From Balanoglossus misakiensis (Eukaryota > Animalia > Hemichordata): DNA of 64,000 nucleotides. Position 1 is the first letter of the stretch, and each line of letters starts with the position of its first letter. The translations under genes and the position numbers were made by a program. The notes below the pieces were generated by a model. That model was not told the DNA's origin. It made no database searches and worked only from the letters and a program-made list of their open reading frames with translations. This document shows, piece after piece, positions 1-14,900 of this stretch. The stretch covers positions 10,539,099 through 10,603,098 of the forward strand of contig CM082581.2 in the NCBI GenBank assembly GCA_040954595.2, in the 5' to 3' direction.

Positions 1-3000
1 CTTTTAGCAAAATGCTGCCTGAATTATTGATAACACTGTTTAAAAAAGCATTAATAGCTCCCATATTGAGAATCATTCACATTGTGTTTTTTTATAAGTC
101 CCCCATTTTCGATTGCAATCTCTGCCGTGTGGAGCATTGATAGATGAAAGGAACCATGAGAGAGAGTGCATGTTGGGTCAGGCACTGATGGAACAGTTGG
201 GCGCGATATCATTGGTCAGCGCGGTTGTAAGGAAGGCTGCTGTTTATGTTGGGAATGGTAACATGTGGAGGGAGAAAAAAAAAAGCAATAAAATGAGCCG
301 CTAGATGATACTTAGTGTACGGACTGATAAATCCATTGTAACAGTTCTATAGGGTTTACTCACAAAATGCAGCCATGTTTGGGACAAGGACCCTTTGCAC
401 GTGTTGAATTGTATGAGCCAATACTTCAGATTCAGAACCTGAGTTCATTTGTGACCGTGTTTTGTGTATACCCCTATTATTATATGCCCCTTCCTACGTA
501 AAAGTAAAATGGTGACAAAAATTATGCAAATTGATATACCCAGGCAGGGTGTAGGCAAGAACACGTCAGCAGCATTACGACCCTGCATACTGTACAAATA
601 CAGGGACGTATTGTCTTGTATTGAAGCAATAGACCCTCCCCTGGTTATATTTGTGCACCAGCAGTATACTTCTAGTAATATATAATGTGCCATAGAACAA
701 TATAGGTTGTGACATTAGGTGTATGATGGTGCGACGTATGGGGGTCACATCAATAAAAACCTCTGACTTTGCTTCTTCGTGGATTAGCATTTTCTTCCTG
801 GAGATGCCACACTAACCAGAGATAACAAAAAATCTGTTTTACTTGTCTGATGATACCAATGAATAATGAAGGATTTTAATCTTCAATTCCCAGCGATGAT
901 TCACGGACCGTGGACACTTGAAAGAGAGATGGAGGGAATCTCTTGTCCGTCCCACTCCCCTTCCAGGTGTTGTTTGTGTTCCACTTCTCGAGAATAAAGT
1001 GTGATTCTCACGAAGCCCACTGTCAATATTTTCGAGCAATAACTTGACAGGTTCATTGCAGTGGAAGTGGCATTGATTTATGCCGAGGCACACGCGATGG
1101 CCGACGGTGAAGTGCGAGGAAGTCCAAAAATCGCATATTCATGAATATTTCCCTGGCGTGAAACGACTCTGACGTAGTACCCCTCAAGGTAGCATCAACA
1201 CCAGAATTCCCTGGAGTTCAAAAAAAAAATCAAACTTTCCAGGATATCCAACTGATCTTGGAATGTCACCCCAGTGTGGTTCCCTCCTCGTTTCGTTAAT
1301 CAGAACTGAATATAATTTCATTGTCTCCACTGCCAAATCCATGACGAATAAATCTGCAATAAAAAATGCATCATTTGTCTTCGTTCGCAATATTTCCCGA
1401 AGCAAATAACTGACCCCGCGTCTAATAATCAGCTATTTATTCCATATCGTTCGTAATCTTATTACGTTTCATGAAGCTTTTCGCTGCTGAAAATCTACCC
1501 TCATAATTAATGTCTGATTTCTGATGATTGCAAGCCCGACAATCTATCTACATGTGTAGATGTTGTCAGCGTGCCGTTTGGAAACTACAGTGTCGGGAAA
1601 ACAGCGGTGTTGTTATTAGGAGAAAATCCCGGCGCACCACATGCTGGTTTGGAAAGCTCATCTGTTGGGAGACCACAGATTTTCACCTCACAGATATCAT
1701 AGCAAGGACACGTATGCTCGAAAACATTTTTCAGTTTTCCATGCACGGTGTTTTGGATGCAGCTTTGTGTTCATCTTAGATTTTCAGTGAGGAAATATTT
1801 CCCAACTGATTGATAAAAAATGCTTGAAAAAAATTATATATATATATAGAAAGATACATAGATACATGCAGATACATACATACATACATACATCATGCAA
1901 CTCACAAATCTACTTGTTTTCTGTGACAGAAATTTGTTAACAAAGGAAGAAGACTGTCAATTGTGTTCAAGCTTTACTCTATTCACTGAAATCCAGTAGC
2001 TGCATTTTTTGTACAAATTTCTTAAGAGTTCACCCTCAGGAAAAATTCAAACAGTTAAGTGCATGAATACACAGGAATGAATGAGGGGAAAAACACATAC
2101 GCACATGTGTATAGCTATGGAAAAGTTCAAAATAACAGTTGCCAGGATGATCTGGTGTAGTATATTTGCCCTGTCAATTTTCACCGTAAAAAGATTTAAT
2201 AGTATGGTTTTTCGGTGATATCGCACAGCGAATTTTAATGACAAAGGCATAAATGTCACGTTTATTGATGGAAGTGTGTTTTTAAATGGGAATTATCATC
2301 CAGAAAATTTTATTGTCAGGACAGAAAATGTAGCCGACCGTAATGGGAATAAGCAAGGTTATTCATTTATTTGTAGTTACTGCTCTTCAGACATATCCTT
2401 GTGACGACGACATTTTTTTCTGAAGTACGTATCAAATTGACAAAAATCAATCACTTTGCAGAGAAGTCGGGCACTTCAAATTAGAGGACAGCCTTACTTG
2501 GGAAAATCAGAATTTTCAGGCGTCTCATCAATCATAAAAAAAAATTTGTTTGAGTGTGTTTGGATCATTTTTGGTTGTCCCTATGAAGTGATTTATGTTG
2601 CTGGAAAGTGCTTCTTTCCCGTGTAAGGTAAATGATGACATATAGGATTCCCCTGATGCCAGGCATTCCATTTGGGACGCTGCCATTGACCTCTCCGTTG
2701 ACCTCAGTTTCAAGTCAACTTCCTTGCTACATTCCGGGAAAACACAGCAAAACACAAGGTGACCTCGCAGGGAAAGGAAAAATTGGGGGAATAAAACTTC
2801 AGTGGCTGGTCATCCCTAGGGAACAAATGAACCCTTCCATCAGATCCCCCTACAGCACAAATGGACCGTTCCAGCCCTCATCTATGTAATTTAATTAAAC
2901 TCCCAGCAAGTACTGGCCCCATCATGCTTTAATAACTGGCAATTTGTCCCAAAATATTTGTTTTTAGGTTCGGGTTTCCAAGTGACCTGCAGATTTGCCG

Positions 3001-6000
3001 AGAGGCTCCAGACTATTCCACGTTTTCCCAACCAGCCTTTGTGCCATGTTTGCTGGTTTTAACTGAGTAAACTCTTTCGTTCTTTCGGTATTGTATTTTG
3101 ACAAGACTGGTTTTGTTTATTCTCTGAAGTGTGTTCTCTTGCTAATATTCTTCTCAGCACACGAATTCGTTTTGCCGTTAATTTGGTCACAATGATATAT
3201 TGGTGTTTAATACTTCAAATTTGGAGTTGGGTGGTATGGGGAAGGGAGGGGAGAGGAGGGGTAGGGATAGGGGTAGGGTGAAATTCAGGTTGAAACTTTA
3301 TGTGGACAGGGCCATCTGAGAAAAAATCTACATTGCCGCGGGTATTGATAATTGAGCGAGGCGCAAAAAGCGGAAAATGCTTTTCAAATGTTAAAGAGGC
3401 ATAAGTTCCAATTTACTGAAGTACAATATGTTTGTGTTGCCTGAGAAACGTGTGGATAATTAAATTTGTTCATAAAAGTAGACGGATGTGGAAATTAATT
3501 TAGGGAGAGAAAATGTGATTTTAGTTGTATGGGGTGTGCCGTTACAGCTCCGGAAAAAATGCCTGGAAGTGCCGCAGGCTGTGGTTTTTTCCCCCCATCG
3601 TCCATCCATCAATTTTAGCTGTGCTCTCCGTGAGTGATGCACTTCATCAAAAGTTGTGCACGTCAGCTGAGAGATGCAGGTGATGTTTCCATGGATACTG
3701 AAGAGAACAATAGATAAACCTCGGGGGAGGAGGAGGGGGGGGGGGGAAACAAACCAGAAACAATGAACTTATTTATAGTCATAAAAAAAGACCACCAGGA
3801 AAATATTTTTTTTATACATTGGAGTTTGTATGTTCAAATTCAGATCGTATTTTTGTGTGTCACAGTGTTCATTATTACACTAGGGACAGTTTTGATGGCA
3901 ATTTAGCTCTCATTGTTAGTGTTGACCTTCTTAGGGTTATATGATGCCTGTAGGTTGTGGGTTAGAGTCGTACTAGATACTCATATCTCATTTCCTAATG
4001 CCTATTCGCTGATGTCTTTTGAAGTCTCGTATCCCAGAGATTATTTTGTGTGAAATAAAAAGAAAAAACATTCTGTGTGGGCTGTTCCACCAAATGTCAC
4101 CATTCCATGCCTGTCGGTCAGGATATTCTACAGCAGAGGCCTGGTCGCCCATAGACAATTCTCTTTGATTAATACTGTCCATTAATGTGATAAGCTTTAT
4201 AGATGTATATACCTGTGTTCCTCTCAGAGACACTGAACCCAGCGCGTCAGCAGTTGGGACTAAGTGCTGTCATTTTTTTAAAACACGAAAAAAAAAATTA
4301 CATTGTTTGATCCCAGACCATTATTCACATCATGTCTTGTTACGTTGGTCTGATAATTGGTTTCCAACAACTTGGCGGCAACATCTGCCATGGCTAGGCC
4401 ATTTATCATGTCTCTTACATACGTTGGTGTGGGATTCCCAGTGGAGAGGCTGTCGTCTTTTGTGTGTTGTGTGCTCTGCCTAATACCAGTACTTTATCGG
4501 TTGTCGATTTTATACAGCCATTGTTCGGAAGCTCCACCGGAACTCAAAAAAACTATTTGAATATCTCTGGCTGTCTGGCAGAGAATAACAATATGGAGAC
4601 AAACAGTGCTGTCAAAGATAAATTATCAATGTTCAGTCTAAAGTGAAATTGCATTATGTATTTTTTTTGTAAGCGGAAGAAGGCACTCGTCCGACTGGAC
4701 AGTTGGCCTTTTCAGTGAAAAGTCCTGATCATACCTGTTGATGATTTGTTGAAACATGACGATAACATCTTTGTTAAATCAATTTTAAACTGATGGAAAC
4801 ACAGGGGTGATTGACTCATCAGCTGGATGCAGAAGAAAACCCAGTTATGATGACTGATGAAAAAGACACATTATTTGCTCGCAAAAATTCATCTTGTTAT
4901 CAGTTCCCAAAGGTGGGTTCAACACCACCTTCGTTCGACAGTCACAGTATTCTCCCAGACCAATCAGACGGAACCTACTATATATGAATCACACAGTTGG
5001 TTTGTATGTAATGAAAACCATCATGATGAAACAAGAAATGGGAACTGGCCATTTTAATCAAGCAAAGACTTTTTTACCCAATTCCTTAACTGGTTACTCT
5101 GTACTTAAATGCAACCTGTTTAAACATTTATAAGAAATAATTAAAACGATTGACTTCTCCCTCATTTGTTAATTTTCTAATCTTTTTAATGAAAGTGGGA
5201 AAATTCTCATGGGATTAGCTAAATAATTCGGAGAGAAACTTGTTTTCTTCTGTTGTCTTATCGTGCATGACAGAATTGCTGTGGAGTAAAATGGGCACAG
5301 CATCTAAATGACTGGTTTTCTAAGGAGAGTGACATAGAGACATGAAATTGACGTGGGGGAGAGGGAGAGTGGGGGAGGGAGGGGAGAAAAAGAGACAGGG
5401 TATAGGAGAGAGTGTCCGGCAAGCGGTGTGGCTCTCTGATATCAGATACAAGATGGCGATGATGAATGTTTTAAACCCGTACGGTTTTGCTCGCCAAGCC
5501 TTATGAATCTTTTATTTCTGCGTGAAGCTGACGAGTCTCCTTGAGAGCGATGATGAATATGTACACTCCTAGCATTGTGTAATTCATCACGGAGAAGTCC
5601 ATATCGCGTTATTTAATATGATACCGTTGTGAACACTGTGAGAAAACATCTGCATTGCGAGTTTGAAATCAACAGATGTGTGAAGGGGAACCGGATCTGT
5701 GTTCAGGTCAGTCGCTCGGCAAGAACTTGGCAGTCGACGGAAATGCCTCACACGTCCGCTCTCGTCTTTGTTTTGGGTTTTATTTCTTTTTACTGTCACG
5801 AACATCGCCGCCTTGTGTTGTTCAGTTTCTGTTCCACTCGAATTCAGAGTTGTTAAGTCGGTGTGAAAAGAACGCATTTCGCGAGAAGAGAGAAGGGGAA
5901 AAAAATTGCCATCAGATTTTGATCATAAAAAAAAGAACAGCTAGTAAGCTCCGTCATCCGTGTCAGACACACAAAGGAATCCCTCTCTAAATTCATAGAG

Positions 6001-8035
6001 TTGACTGAAGACGTTGAAAGGAGAAAACTGAAATTCAACGAGGAATATAGATGGAAGAAAAAAAGCGTCAGTCAGGAGAGTATCACGGAGATGCCACAGA
6101 ATGATGGAATTGTCCCTGGCTGGCGAGACATATTTGAAAGCCCTGGTTGATGTATCAGGCCCTAGCTAATCAAGCTAGGGGCTTTTCAGATGGGCATAAA
6201 ATTTTAAATAGCTTGAAATTAAAAAGACGGCTCATCACCAGCTCACAATGGAAAAAACTGCGCCAATATTCGAGTGAAGTGAAGGGGATCCAGGAAACCA
6301 TAAAATAATATAGGAAAGCCACTTAGTGACGACCTTATTGTTACTTTGTGTTTCAAATTAATGTCAGGCACTGGGCCGTCTTTCGTTTTAAAAAAAAACA
6401 GAACCTTCATTTTCTGCGTGTCCTCTGCAGTGATGAAAAACAAATTTTTGTGCACAACTTTGTAAGCAGAATGTCGAGGAGGAGACAGTCCGGTCTTGAT
6501 GAATTTCAATGAGTGCGACTTGCATGTCAATGACTTATGAGAGTATTTGTTGAATCATTGCAATTAGGCAAATTAGCAAGATCCAGCCGCACTGAATCAA
6601 ACCGACAAGAACCAAAGTCCCGCATGTGAATCGATAATAAAGAAGCTACTTCAATTAACCATTTTCATGACCCTGACATGACTGGTATTTTCTTTGGTTT
6701 GAATCCAACAGTTTGGTATAAAAAAAACTAACAGCCAATCGCATTCAATGGCTATTGTACTGCATTGTGACTGTAACTCATTTGCATACAATTTGCATTT
6801 TTCTGGTAGCACCAACTGGTGTGAAAATATACTCCACGATGTAAGGTCATGTAAGGGTCATTAAAATTCGCCTATTAGGAGTATCACGAGAATGGATGAC
6901 AGTGAGTTTGATCTGATATGTGTAATTTGAACGTTAGCATAATTTCAAGGTAAATGACTAATTTGCATATATGCAATTTAAGGTAAGATTGGGGGGAACA
7001 TTTGCATATCATGCTGTGACCTGACTATTAAAGGGAATATGTTGATATCACTTTTTCTTGACTGTGCTGAAGGGTCCTTGCCATCCTTGCATAGTCGTGG
7101 CTAATATGCATATTTGATGAAGTATGTAATATCTCAGAAAAAAATGGCAGCATTGAATATACTTCTTTCTATTGTAGAAGTATTGACCGTTCAAGGATAA
7201 ACCAATATTTCAACTTCCATAATTGGGAAATGTTCGACAATTCAGTGTTGTTGTTTACTTTTAACAGTATTCACTGTCGACTCGTGGGAGCTCTAATGTC
7301 TTGCAACATTAAAGAGCTTAAAAAATCTGCAATATGATTTTTGTTTTTGAGTGCCGACATTAATTTTTAAAGTGGGGTGGATTTCTAAATGGTTTTTGAA
7401 GTCTGACATCTGGAAGTGGTTTCCAGACCCTGTGGAAAAAAACAGTAGCTGACAAATGAAACTTAAGTAAAGGGTTATGGAAGGTGAGTGTTCCAGGGTT
7501 CGAGTCTTTGCAGTTGTTGAATTGACTGTCAAGGAGACCTCAAAAATGCAAAAGTGCTGTTGACCTCTGAGAAAAAGTATACACAGAATACTAATAAAAA
7601 CTGCGTGTTCGGTTTTATGTTGTGTCAGTCAGATTTTGTACGAAGTAATGTTTGTAATAAGGAACATGCCACATTTTGTGTCTTGTTGAGGTTTCAATTC
7701 TAATGCTGCATGTTGTCTTGCCGTGGGGTATGGTCCCAACAGTGCTTTATTCTGTACTGGAAGGCAAACCACGAAAACTAAAGACGGATTTCATTGGTTA
7801 AGCTGTATCAATTGGTTTATGTTACAGGTTGTTTCATTGGATAATTTACTTGTTAGACATCTCATTAGCTTATCTGTCATCTATTGACTGATTAGAACAT
7901 GTATTGGGGATTTTATTGGCTGACTTGTAAACCAGCAGTGTATGCTACAGGTTGTATCACTGAACACATTCCTAACCAGTTACTGTTCGTTGTGTTTTAT
8001 TCAAATAAACAAATATGTACGTACGTAGGTACGTG

Positions 8036-8154
8036 CATACATACATACATACATACATACATACATACATACATACATACATACATACATACATACATAC
8101 ATACATACATACATACATACATACATACATACATACATACATACATACATACAT
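8036..8154. repeat. (CATA)n tetranucleotide microsatellite, ~30 units
   Basis: Perfect repeat seen directly. Confidence 0.98.
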
Positions 8155-8201
8155 GGACAACATTGGCGATATTGCTAACATTTTCAGTTGATGGAACTTA
8201 A

Positions 8202-8307
8202 AGGCAGACAGGTATACATTTTCACAAAGAACCACTAAAAGTACCCATTTATTAAAATTTTTGAAATACTCAGAAAGTAGATGCATGTTATTACAAACTG
8301 TCTGCTT
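8202..8307. mobile_element. Possible TTAA-flanked MITE (Kolobok-like AGG start)
   Basis: ttaa AGGCAGACAG ... CTGTCTGCTT ttat; a similar ttaaggcagacag end occurs at ~52647. Confidence 0.35.
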
Positions 8308-8905
8308 TTATCTACCTCACTGCTATCAGAAATTCAAAATTTAATGACGGGAAAAAATGGATCCGTGGTATGTGCTTTACATATTAAACTAAAAATGAGA
8401 ATTGGATAGTTGTTGTGATAAGTGGGGGCTAAATTGTGTTCAGACACTTTTTACATCAACCATTTCTGAAAATTGAATTAGCATTAGATGAAGAGGGGGG
8501 ACATGGTGGTTTTTATTTGGTCCGCGCTGTGGTAATTGCTAGTGAGTCAAATCTACGGAATAACGCAATAAAGCAATGAATACACACACATGCACCATCG
8601 GGTTGTTAATTAGTAGTGACTTAATGCCTGCTGACATCAAATATTAAACTAACTGCCTGTCACTTTGCCAGAATGAGTTTGGAAAGTAGGTTCTTTCCCC
8701 ATGGCAGGTGGCTGAGATAATCTTTGTCATTTGAAAGTAATCATTCCGGGCAGATTGCGGCAGCCTTCTCCGCCAGGAAGCCTTTTCAAATTCCTCTCAA
8801 TTTGCATTTTAAATGAACGCTGTAATTATCACAGGTCTCGGTGTTTGTGGCCGGCCGGCTGGCTGGCTGGTGCTGTTTTGCATCTGAAGGAGGCAGGGTG
8901 AAGTG

Positions 8906-8907
<2 letters not shown>

Positions 8908-8936
<29 letters not shown>
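8908..8936. repeat. (GT)n microsatellite
   Basis: Seen directly. Confidence 0.95.
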
Positions 8937-8938
<2 letters not shown>

Positions 8939-11900
8939 TCTCCACAGAATTTTTGTGGATTTGGAATGAGTAGCAATGGGGGGGGGGGGGTTGATTATGA
9001 GAAGGTGCTTTATCGCAGGGTTGATGGGTAATGCTGTAGAATGGTGCTTAATTGTGTTACGAGGTACTACTACTAGAGACATTGGTATTTGGGAAGATTG
9101 GATTTTAATTTTTAACTAACTTAAAATGAGCCAAATTTTTTTCTGCTGAAAAAAGTATGACAGGTTATTAAGGATAAGAAATTATAGACTGAGTAAAATG
9201 GTATTGTAAAAGTCATTGGTGATTACTGGCCAGCAGATCATAGCTCTCCTCTGCCAGATGCTGTGTTTACAGCGATATCCAGATGGATTTCACGGAGCAC
9301 ATGAACAGCTAAGCCTGGCATGTTTGGAGTCCAAACTGTCAGCCGTATCGCTCTACGTACTGATTTAAGGTCGCCTAAGCCGAGAGATTTAGGTGCAAAT
9401 TTACGCAATTTCATGGGGCCTTGTTATTCTCTGCAATTTCTCCACCGAGTGACTTCAGAAAAAAAAAAGATTGTTTCCTACCTGGTTATGTGATTCAAGG
9501 CGATTAGAATAATAGTTATATTCAGCGCTTGATTGTCTGATGAAGTCGAGACTGCAACACAGAAGGTCTCTGAGGGTTTGCACAAAACAAAATTTAATTT
9601 GACACGCAGTGATGTGTTGAAGTTGGCGATTTTGAAAAACTCGAGCGGCAGGAATTAGATTTCGACGAGGTCGGTGTTGATGCCAGTCGATGTGAGTGCG
9701 TTGTCCTTGATGGAATTTTGAAATGGATGCCCGTGACTCTTGAAATTGGTGGTGGTTGAACTTGTGGAATATTGAGTAGGTTTGACACAGTGGTGAGGTC
9801 ATGTGAATACGATCGGAAAACTGTCGTCTGGTGGGAATTTGGAGTTGGATGCTAGCGACTGCAGTTTTGAGCAGAATGTTCGCGACAGGCAGTTGAGAAT
9901 TTAGGTGGTGGTAGCTTTGTGCATTACAGTGTGTGTGATAGGGTGTGGCTGATTGCAGAAGAGTGATATTTATCTTTATATTTTTTGTTGAATTGTGAAT
10001 AAAAAAACTGACATTAATAGACGTGAGTATAGTTCAAGGTGCGTCCTGCTCCTGATATTAGGACGAGTGTCTTCATATCGCTGCGTCAATGACATTGATT
10101 TCAAGCTGTGAAATGATGTTTTCCTGTGTATTGACACAGCTTTGTCAAAGGATGTGTTGATGAAGAAGAAGAGAATGCCTCACCAGGCTTTTTCTATGTA
10201 TATATAATTCATCACTTTTTCACATTTCATTCAATTCAATGCACTGTGATAAAAACGTCCATTTTCAATACAGTATTATGACTTCCTGTCTCTGCTATAT
10301 TCAGAAGTTTCATCATTCATCTAGTCCAGTGATGGAGATATTTTTTCTCCCCCCGTCAGCTTAATAATGGGCCTTTCATCGCCCTCGGTGCGTGATCTGG
10401 TTTATTTTTCTCTCGCGTACTCATCGCTATGGTGAAAGCGAGATGGAGGAGATTGTTCTGGGCAGTTGCCATGGCAATGGCTGTGTGATGGATTTGTCAT
10501 TTAGGAGATTTATGGCAGAAAAACTATAAAATATGTAGAATTGTGGGAGGGAAGCCATGTTGTGTTCGACAGGGGAAGCAGCTGTGGGAGACGATCAGAT
10601 CCGGGTTGTGATATCGGCAGATACATTTCAAATAGGCCGTTTTATCAGAAGTCAAAGTCAGGGTAATTGTTGATCCAATCAGCTCATAACCCCAACGAGG
10701 TAAACTTTGCGCTTCGCATCAGCATGCACCCCCGACCATCTATCCTCATCACCAGTCGAACCGACTGCTCGTCGTTCATTTGGAGGAGGGGGCCCTGGGG
10801 TCAAGGACAAGGTCAGAGGTCGGGTCACAGCTTGTGAAGTCTTGACCCCAATTCGCGCGAACATTCGTAGAGAATGAGCACATCTCGAACACAAGTCGGG
10901 AGAGAACACCACTTAGAGAGCTGTGCAGATGATATTGAATTTGCTGCCGAGAATGAAATAAAATAAAATCACCCTGCAGATTTCATTTGATGTCTTTTCA
11001 TAGGAGATTGTATGGCCTTTTCGAGATATAACTAAAGCTCCGCTTTATTGATCAATTGCTTACTTTTTGAGAGCAAATTGGTAACAAATTAAATTTCTTC
11101 GGCGGGTACATAGCATGGATGTTGTAAACATTTTCTTTACATCATATGCAATGTGTGTGATTGTCGCAGAGCCCAGTGTATGCGTGTTCATCTATTTAAA
11201 GTCGCAGCAGAGTGACAATTCCGAAAGGTTCCATTCCTCGCCGGCTAATTCAATTTCCTGAATGGAAACGCACGTCTGCATAGTATCGGGGAAAAAAGCC
11301 TGAAGTGCTCGTCTTGGTTTCGACCTCGGGGCATCCAGCATGCCTCGGGTCCCCTCATCTGCATTAATCTTTTGGCGAGCCGCGTCATCACCATCGTCAC
11401 GGCAATAGCGGTGGACTCCCAGGTCCCTGGTTTTCCCGTCCGTCCAGTCATGGCGAGTGTGTGCTTGTGATGTTCCTCGTATTTGTCTGTCACACGCGCC
11501 GAAATGATGGACTGTGCAGCGGCGGCCCTTTGTTGCGCTTAGTGTTGATGCCCCTAACAAGTAGAAGTAAAAGCCTGTGTTTGTGTTCTTTTCCTTCACA
11601 CTTCCTGAGCGTGTTCAACTTATTGCTCGGTTCCTCTCCATTTGACGGCGTGAACAGATAAGGCTGCTCGGCTTTTGTAACTTGTCTGATTAAAATGCCA
11701 TTATCGCACCTTCGCCTGGAAGGTCGGCCTGCTTTCTTCCCCGTGGCAGGGAAACTTCGCGTGACCTCAAGAAACGCAAAAGAAAGATTCCCAGATAATA
11801 CAACGCCCACAGGCCAGTACGCTCTGCCTAGACCAATGTTTGCACGTCTACTAGCACAAAAATATATATCTCAACCTCGCACAAATGTGAGTACATGTAC

Positions 11901-14900
11901 ATCAGAAAGATGGCTTGTGCCGCCAACTGACCGATATGCAATATTTTGTCTGTTCAGTCACCTGGCTCCTAGCTATTTGGAAATGCCCGTGTTTTGACGA
12001 GGGTGGCTGCTAATATTTTGACAGTTGCAGTTGGCTGTGAATTCTGTCTCACTTCGTATTTCACTTTTATGCCAGGTCTGTTTTTACTGACGTGCAACAT
12101 CTGATTCGTGGCTGCCCTCTGCAATGCAGAAATTTCCCTAATCGAATAAACTTTTGAAAATTCTACCATAATGCATTATAGGTTAAAGGTGTATACCTGT
12201 AGAAATTTTTCCTGTATGAAAGGGGAGGCCTCTAAAATTACTGTTCATCGTAACTTCTGAAAATACTATGTAAATATACACTTATTAAAGGGTTATACAA
12301 AAATTTATTGAGGGGACGCATGGTTTCTGGTGTATTTTGAGAATGAAATATAGACTAGTTCTTATGAGCAAAGTACTGCCATGTTGCAGCAAAGGTGTCA
12401 ATCTTTCAGTACTGTTTGTGACTTCAAATGAACCTGTCTCTTGAGTTTCCAAGTCTTGCTTCAGGATAAAAGCCATTATTGTCAGTTTCTTGCAAGTTGT
12501 CACATTTCAAAATCCCGTCGCTTTGCCTACTGAGCCAGGCACAATGTCACGGACTAGTATTAAACTGTCAAAAGTGAAGTTAATAGCAAATGTTGATCTC
12601 TGTTGTGTGCCAAGTACAGGATGATTGGGTTGGTGTTGGAAGTGATGGAGAGAGAATAGAATAGGTAGAAAGTAAGAGAAGAGAGAAGTGAAAAAATGGC
12701 TTAAACATCTGTGGGTCTAGATAAGCTGGTAGCCAGCAAAGCCACTGGCTCTCTTAGAATGTGTAGACTGCGTGAACGACATAAACATCCCCAAACAAAA
12801 GTGAGTCTGCCTTCCCACTTTAAAATAATTTTCCCGGACTGATTTCTTTCTAGTGTGACAGTAATCAGGTTTAATTTCCAGCAAGTAATGTTGTGTAAAC
12901 TGGCCGTTAAACGCCCCCTTAGATGTAATATGAGAATTTCTATCCCACTGAAAATCGTCAGTAGTTTTTCAGACAAATCCAGAACATCTGTAATGGAGAT
13001 TGCAGATGAGTAGAGATGTGATAGAATCTGTCGAGAGCTTTTCGTGATAGGAGACTAAAAAGAACGAGATATTGAGATATCAATGTAGTGGCTGTGGTCA
13101 TGTTGTGACAGGTTTGTAGTGCTGTGTTACAAAGCAGTAACTAATAATGGCAGGAATTTTACTGTAGTACATCTCTTGATGTGAAAATTGCACACACAAA
13201 AATTGGCTTTTGTGATGATCTGCCCGATATCAATCTATTGGGGAAGACAAAAGTGAAAAGTGTTAGATGTTTTTGTCTTTGGGTTTGTTTTTGAGATAAT
13301 CCTGTATGGCCGAAGGAGAATTACCATCCCAGAAATGGACATGTTAATGTACTTTTGATAACCTCTAATGGTTATTTTGAAAAATACATCTCTAATAATA
13401 TTTGTATGTCTTCTTAGTGTAATATTCCCCGAATGAAATTTCGCGTCGGCTTGTCTTTTGGCAAAATTGTGTCTTCTGTTTTCCCCTCCCTTGTTAAACA
13501 AATAGTTGAAATGAGGGAGTTAAGCGTGTGTGTGCTTAAGTTTAATTTCAGACAAGTTATCTGCTAATTTGACAAACGTTACAGGAAAAGTACGTGCAGA
13601 TCAATAGAATTCCTGAAGCCCGGTCCCACAATGGGGCATCTTATTCAATAACGTGCGATATTGATTCGGAGCTGAAATTCCAAGAAGTGTGTGATCATTG
13701 GCTCTGAGATGAATATAACTACCTCTGCGGCAGTAAGTTGTTTTTGAGTGATGGTGAAATTACCCAGTTACAGGCCAGAAGGGTTTTCTTGTTTCCATGG
13801 ATGCGAAGTCCTGACCTGCAGGGGAATTTCCCCCCAAATTTATTGCATTTGATACGAACTGCCGAGTCCCAAAATAAATTCAATGCACTACTTGTGAAAA
13901 ATTGGGTGTGCGAGAAAATCCAACGAGGGGTGATTCCATGTTAATTATTCAGGACAACTCATCGGTCATTTTTGACAGTAATTTTTGGAAAAAAAACATG
14001 TATTGCAGAGTTTGGAATTTATTTAATAATTTACAGTTTGCTAATGATGAAATAGAGCAGGGTTTTGTCGAGAGTGGTAGTTCAAATTTCAGTGATTGCT
14101 TTGAACTGTTCATTAGTCATTGGTTGTCAGGGAAAAAATGACAGATTACCTAACATTTTTTGAGGAAAAAAAGTGTTTGGCCGATGATTGATATTATTTA
14201 TCAAAGTCGCAATCTGCGGGACTTGGAAAGACATGGATGGCTGTCGCTGCTTTCGAAATATTTGACATCTCAAGAAATTAAGACCCGCTTGTTGAGTGCG
14301 AGCTCAATTCCCAGCAGCTCTGCTCGATGATCTTGCTTGATTTAACGGTGTGCTCTGCCAGTTTATAGTGTTTGCGGCAAAGATTAGGCTCTCGCTTCTG
14401 TATCTTGTATAAATGGAAATTGATCATCGCATCAGAAGACAGACACGTCTGATTCATTGTCATTTTTTTTCTCCTGTCGTGTGCTTGGAATTAGTCGGCG
14501 GTTACCAGTCAACAAACCTATCAACACCCCCTGAAGCAGCCACACTTCCTTGCGTGACGTTAATTTATAAAGCAAATTATGAAAGCGTTCCCATTTCTTG
14601 CCGATCTTAAGTTTATGTTTAAACCAGAACTTGTTATGCCTGCTCCAACAGAAATGGAGATGAATATTTCTAAAGGCAGAGACATTTCTCCTAGGAGATG
14701 AGAAAGGGATACTAATTTAAATTAAACTTTAAAGTGCGACGGCTGTAGACTTGGCTGAAAGAGCAAATTTGAAGGGAAAAAAAATTGTTATATTTAAATT
14801 GAAGAAAAAGAGAGAAAAGAATGTTGCAACGTATTTTCTGATGGTGTGCGCGTGGCAAGATTTTTGAATACTGCTGAAAGAAACTTTCCAATCCATCAAT

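Noticed and set aside
7899-8286. ORFs with YIHT / MYVC repeats
   Set aside because: Translation of the (CATA)n microsatellite.
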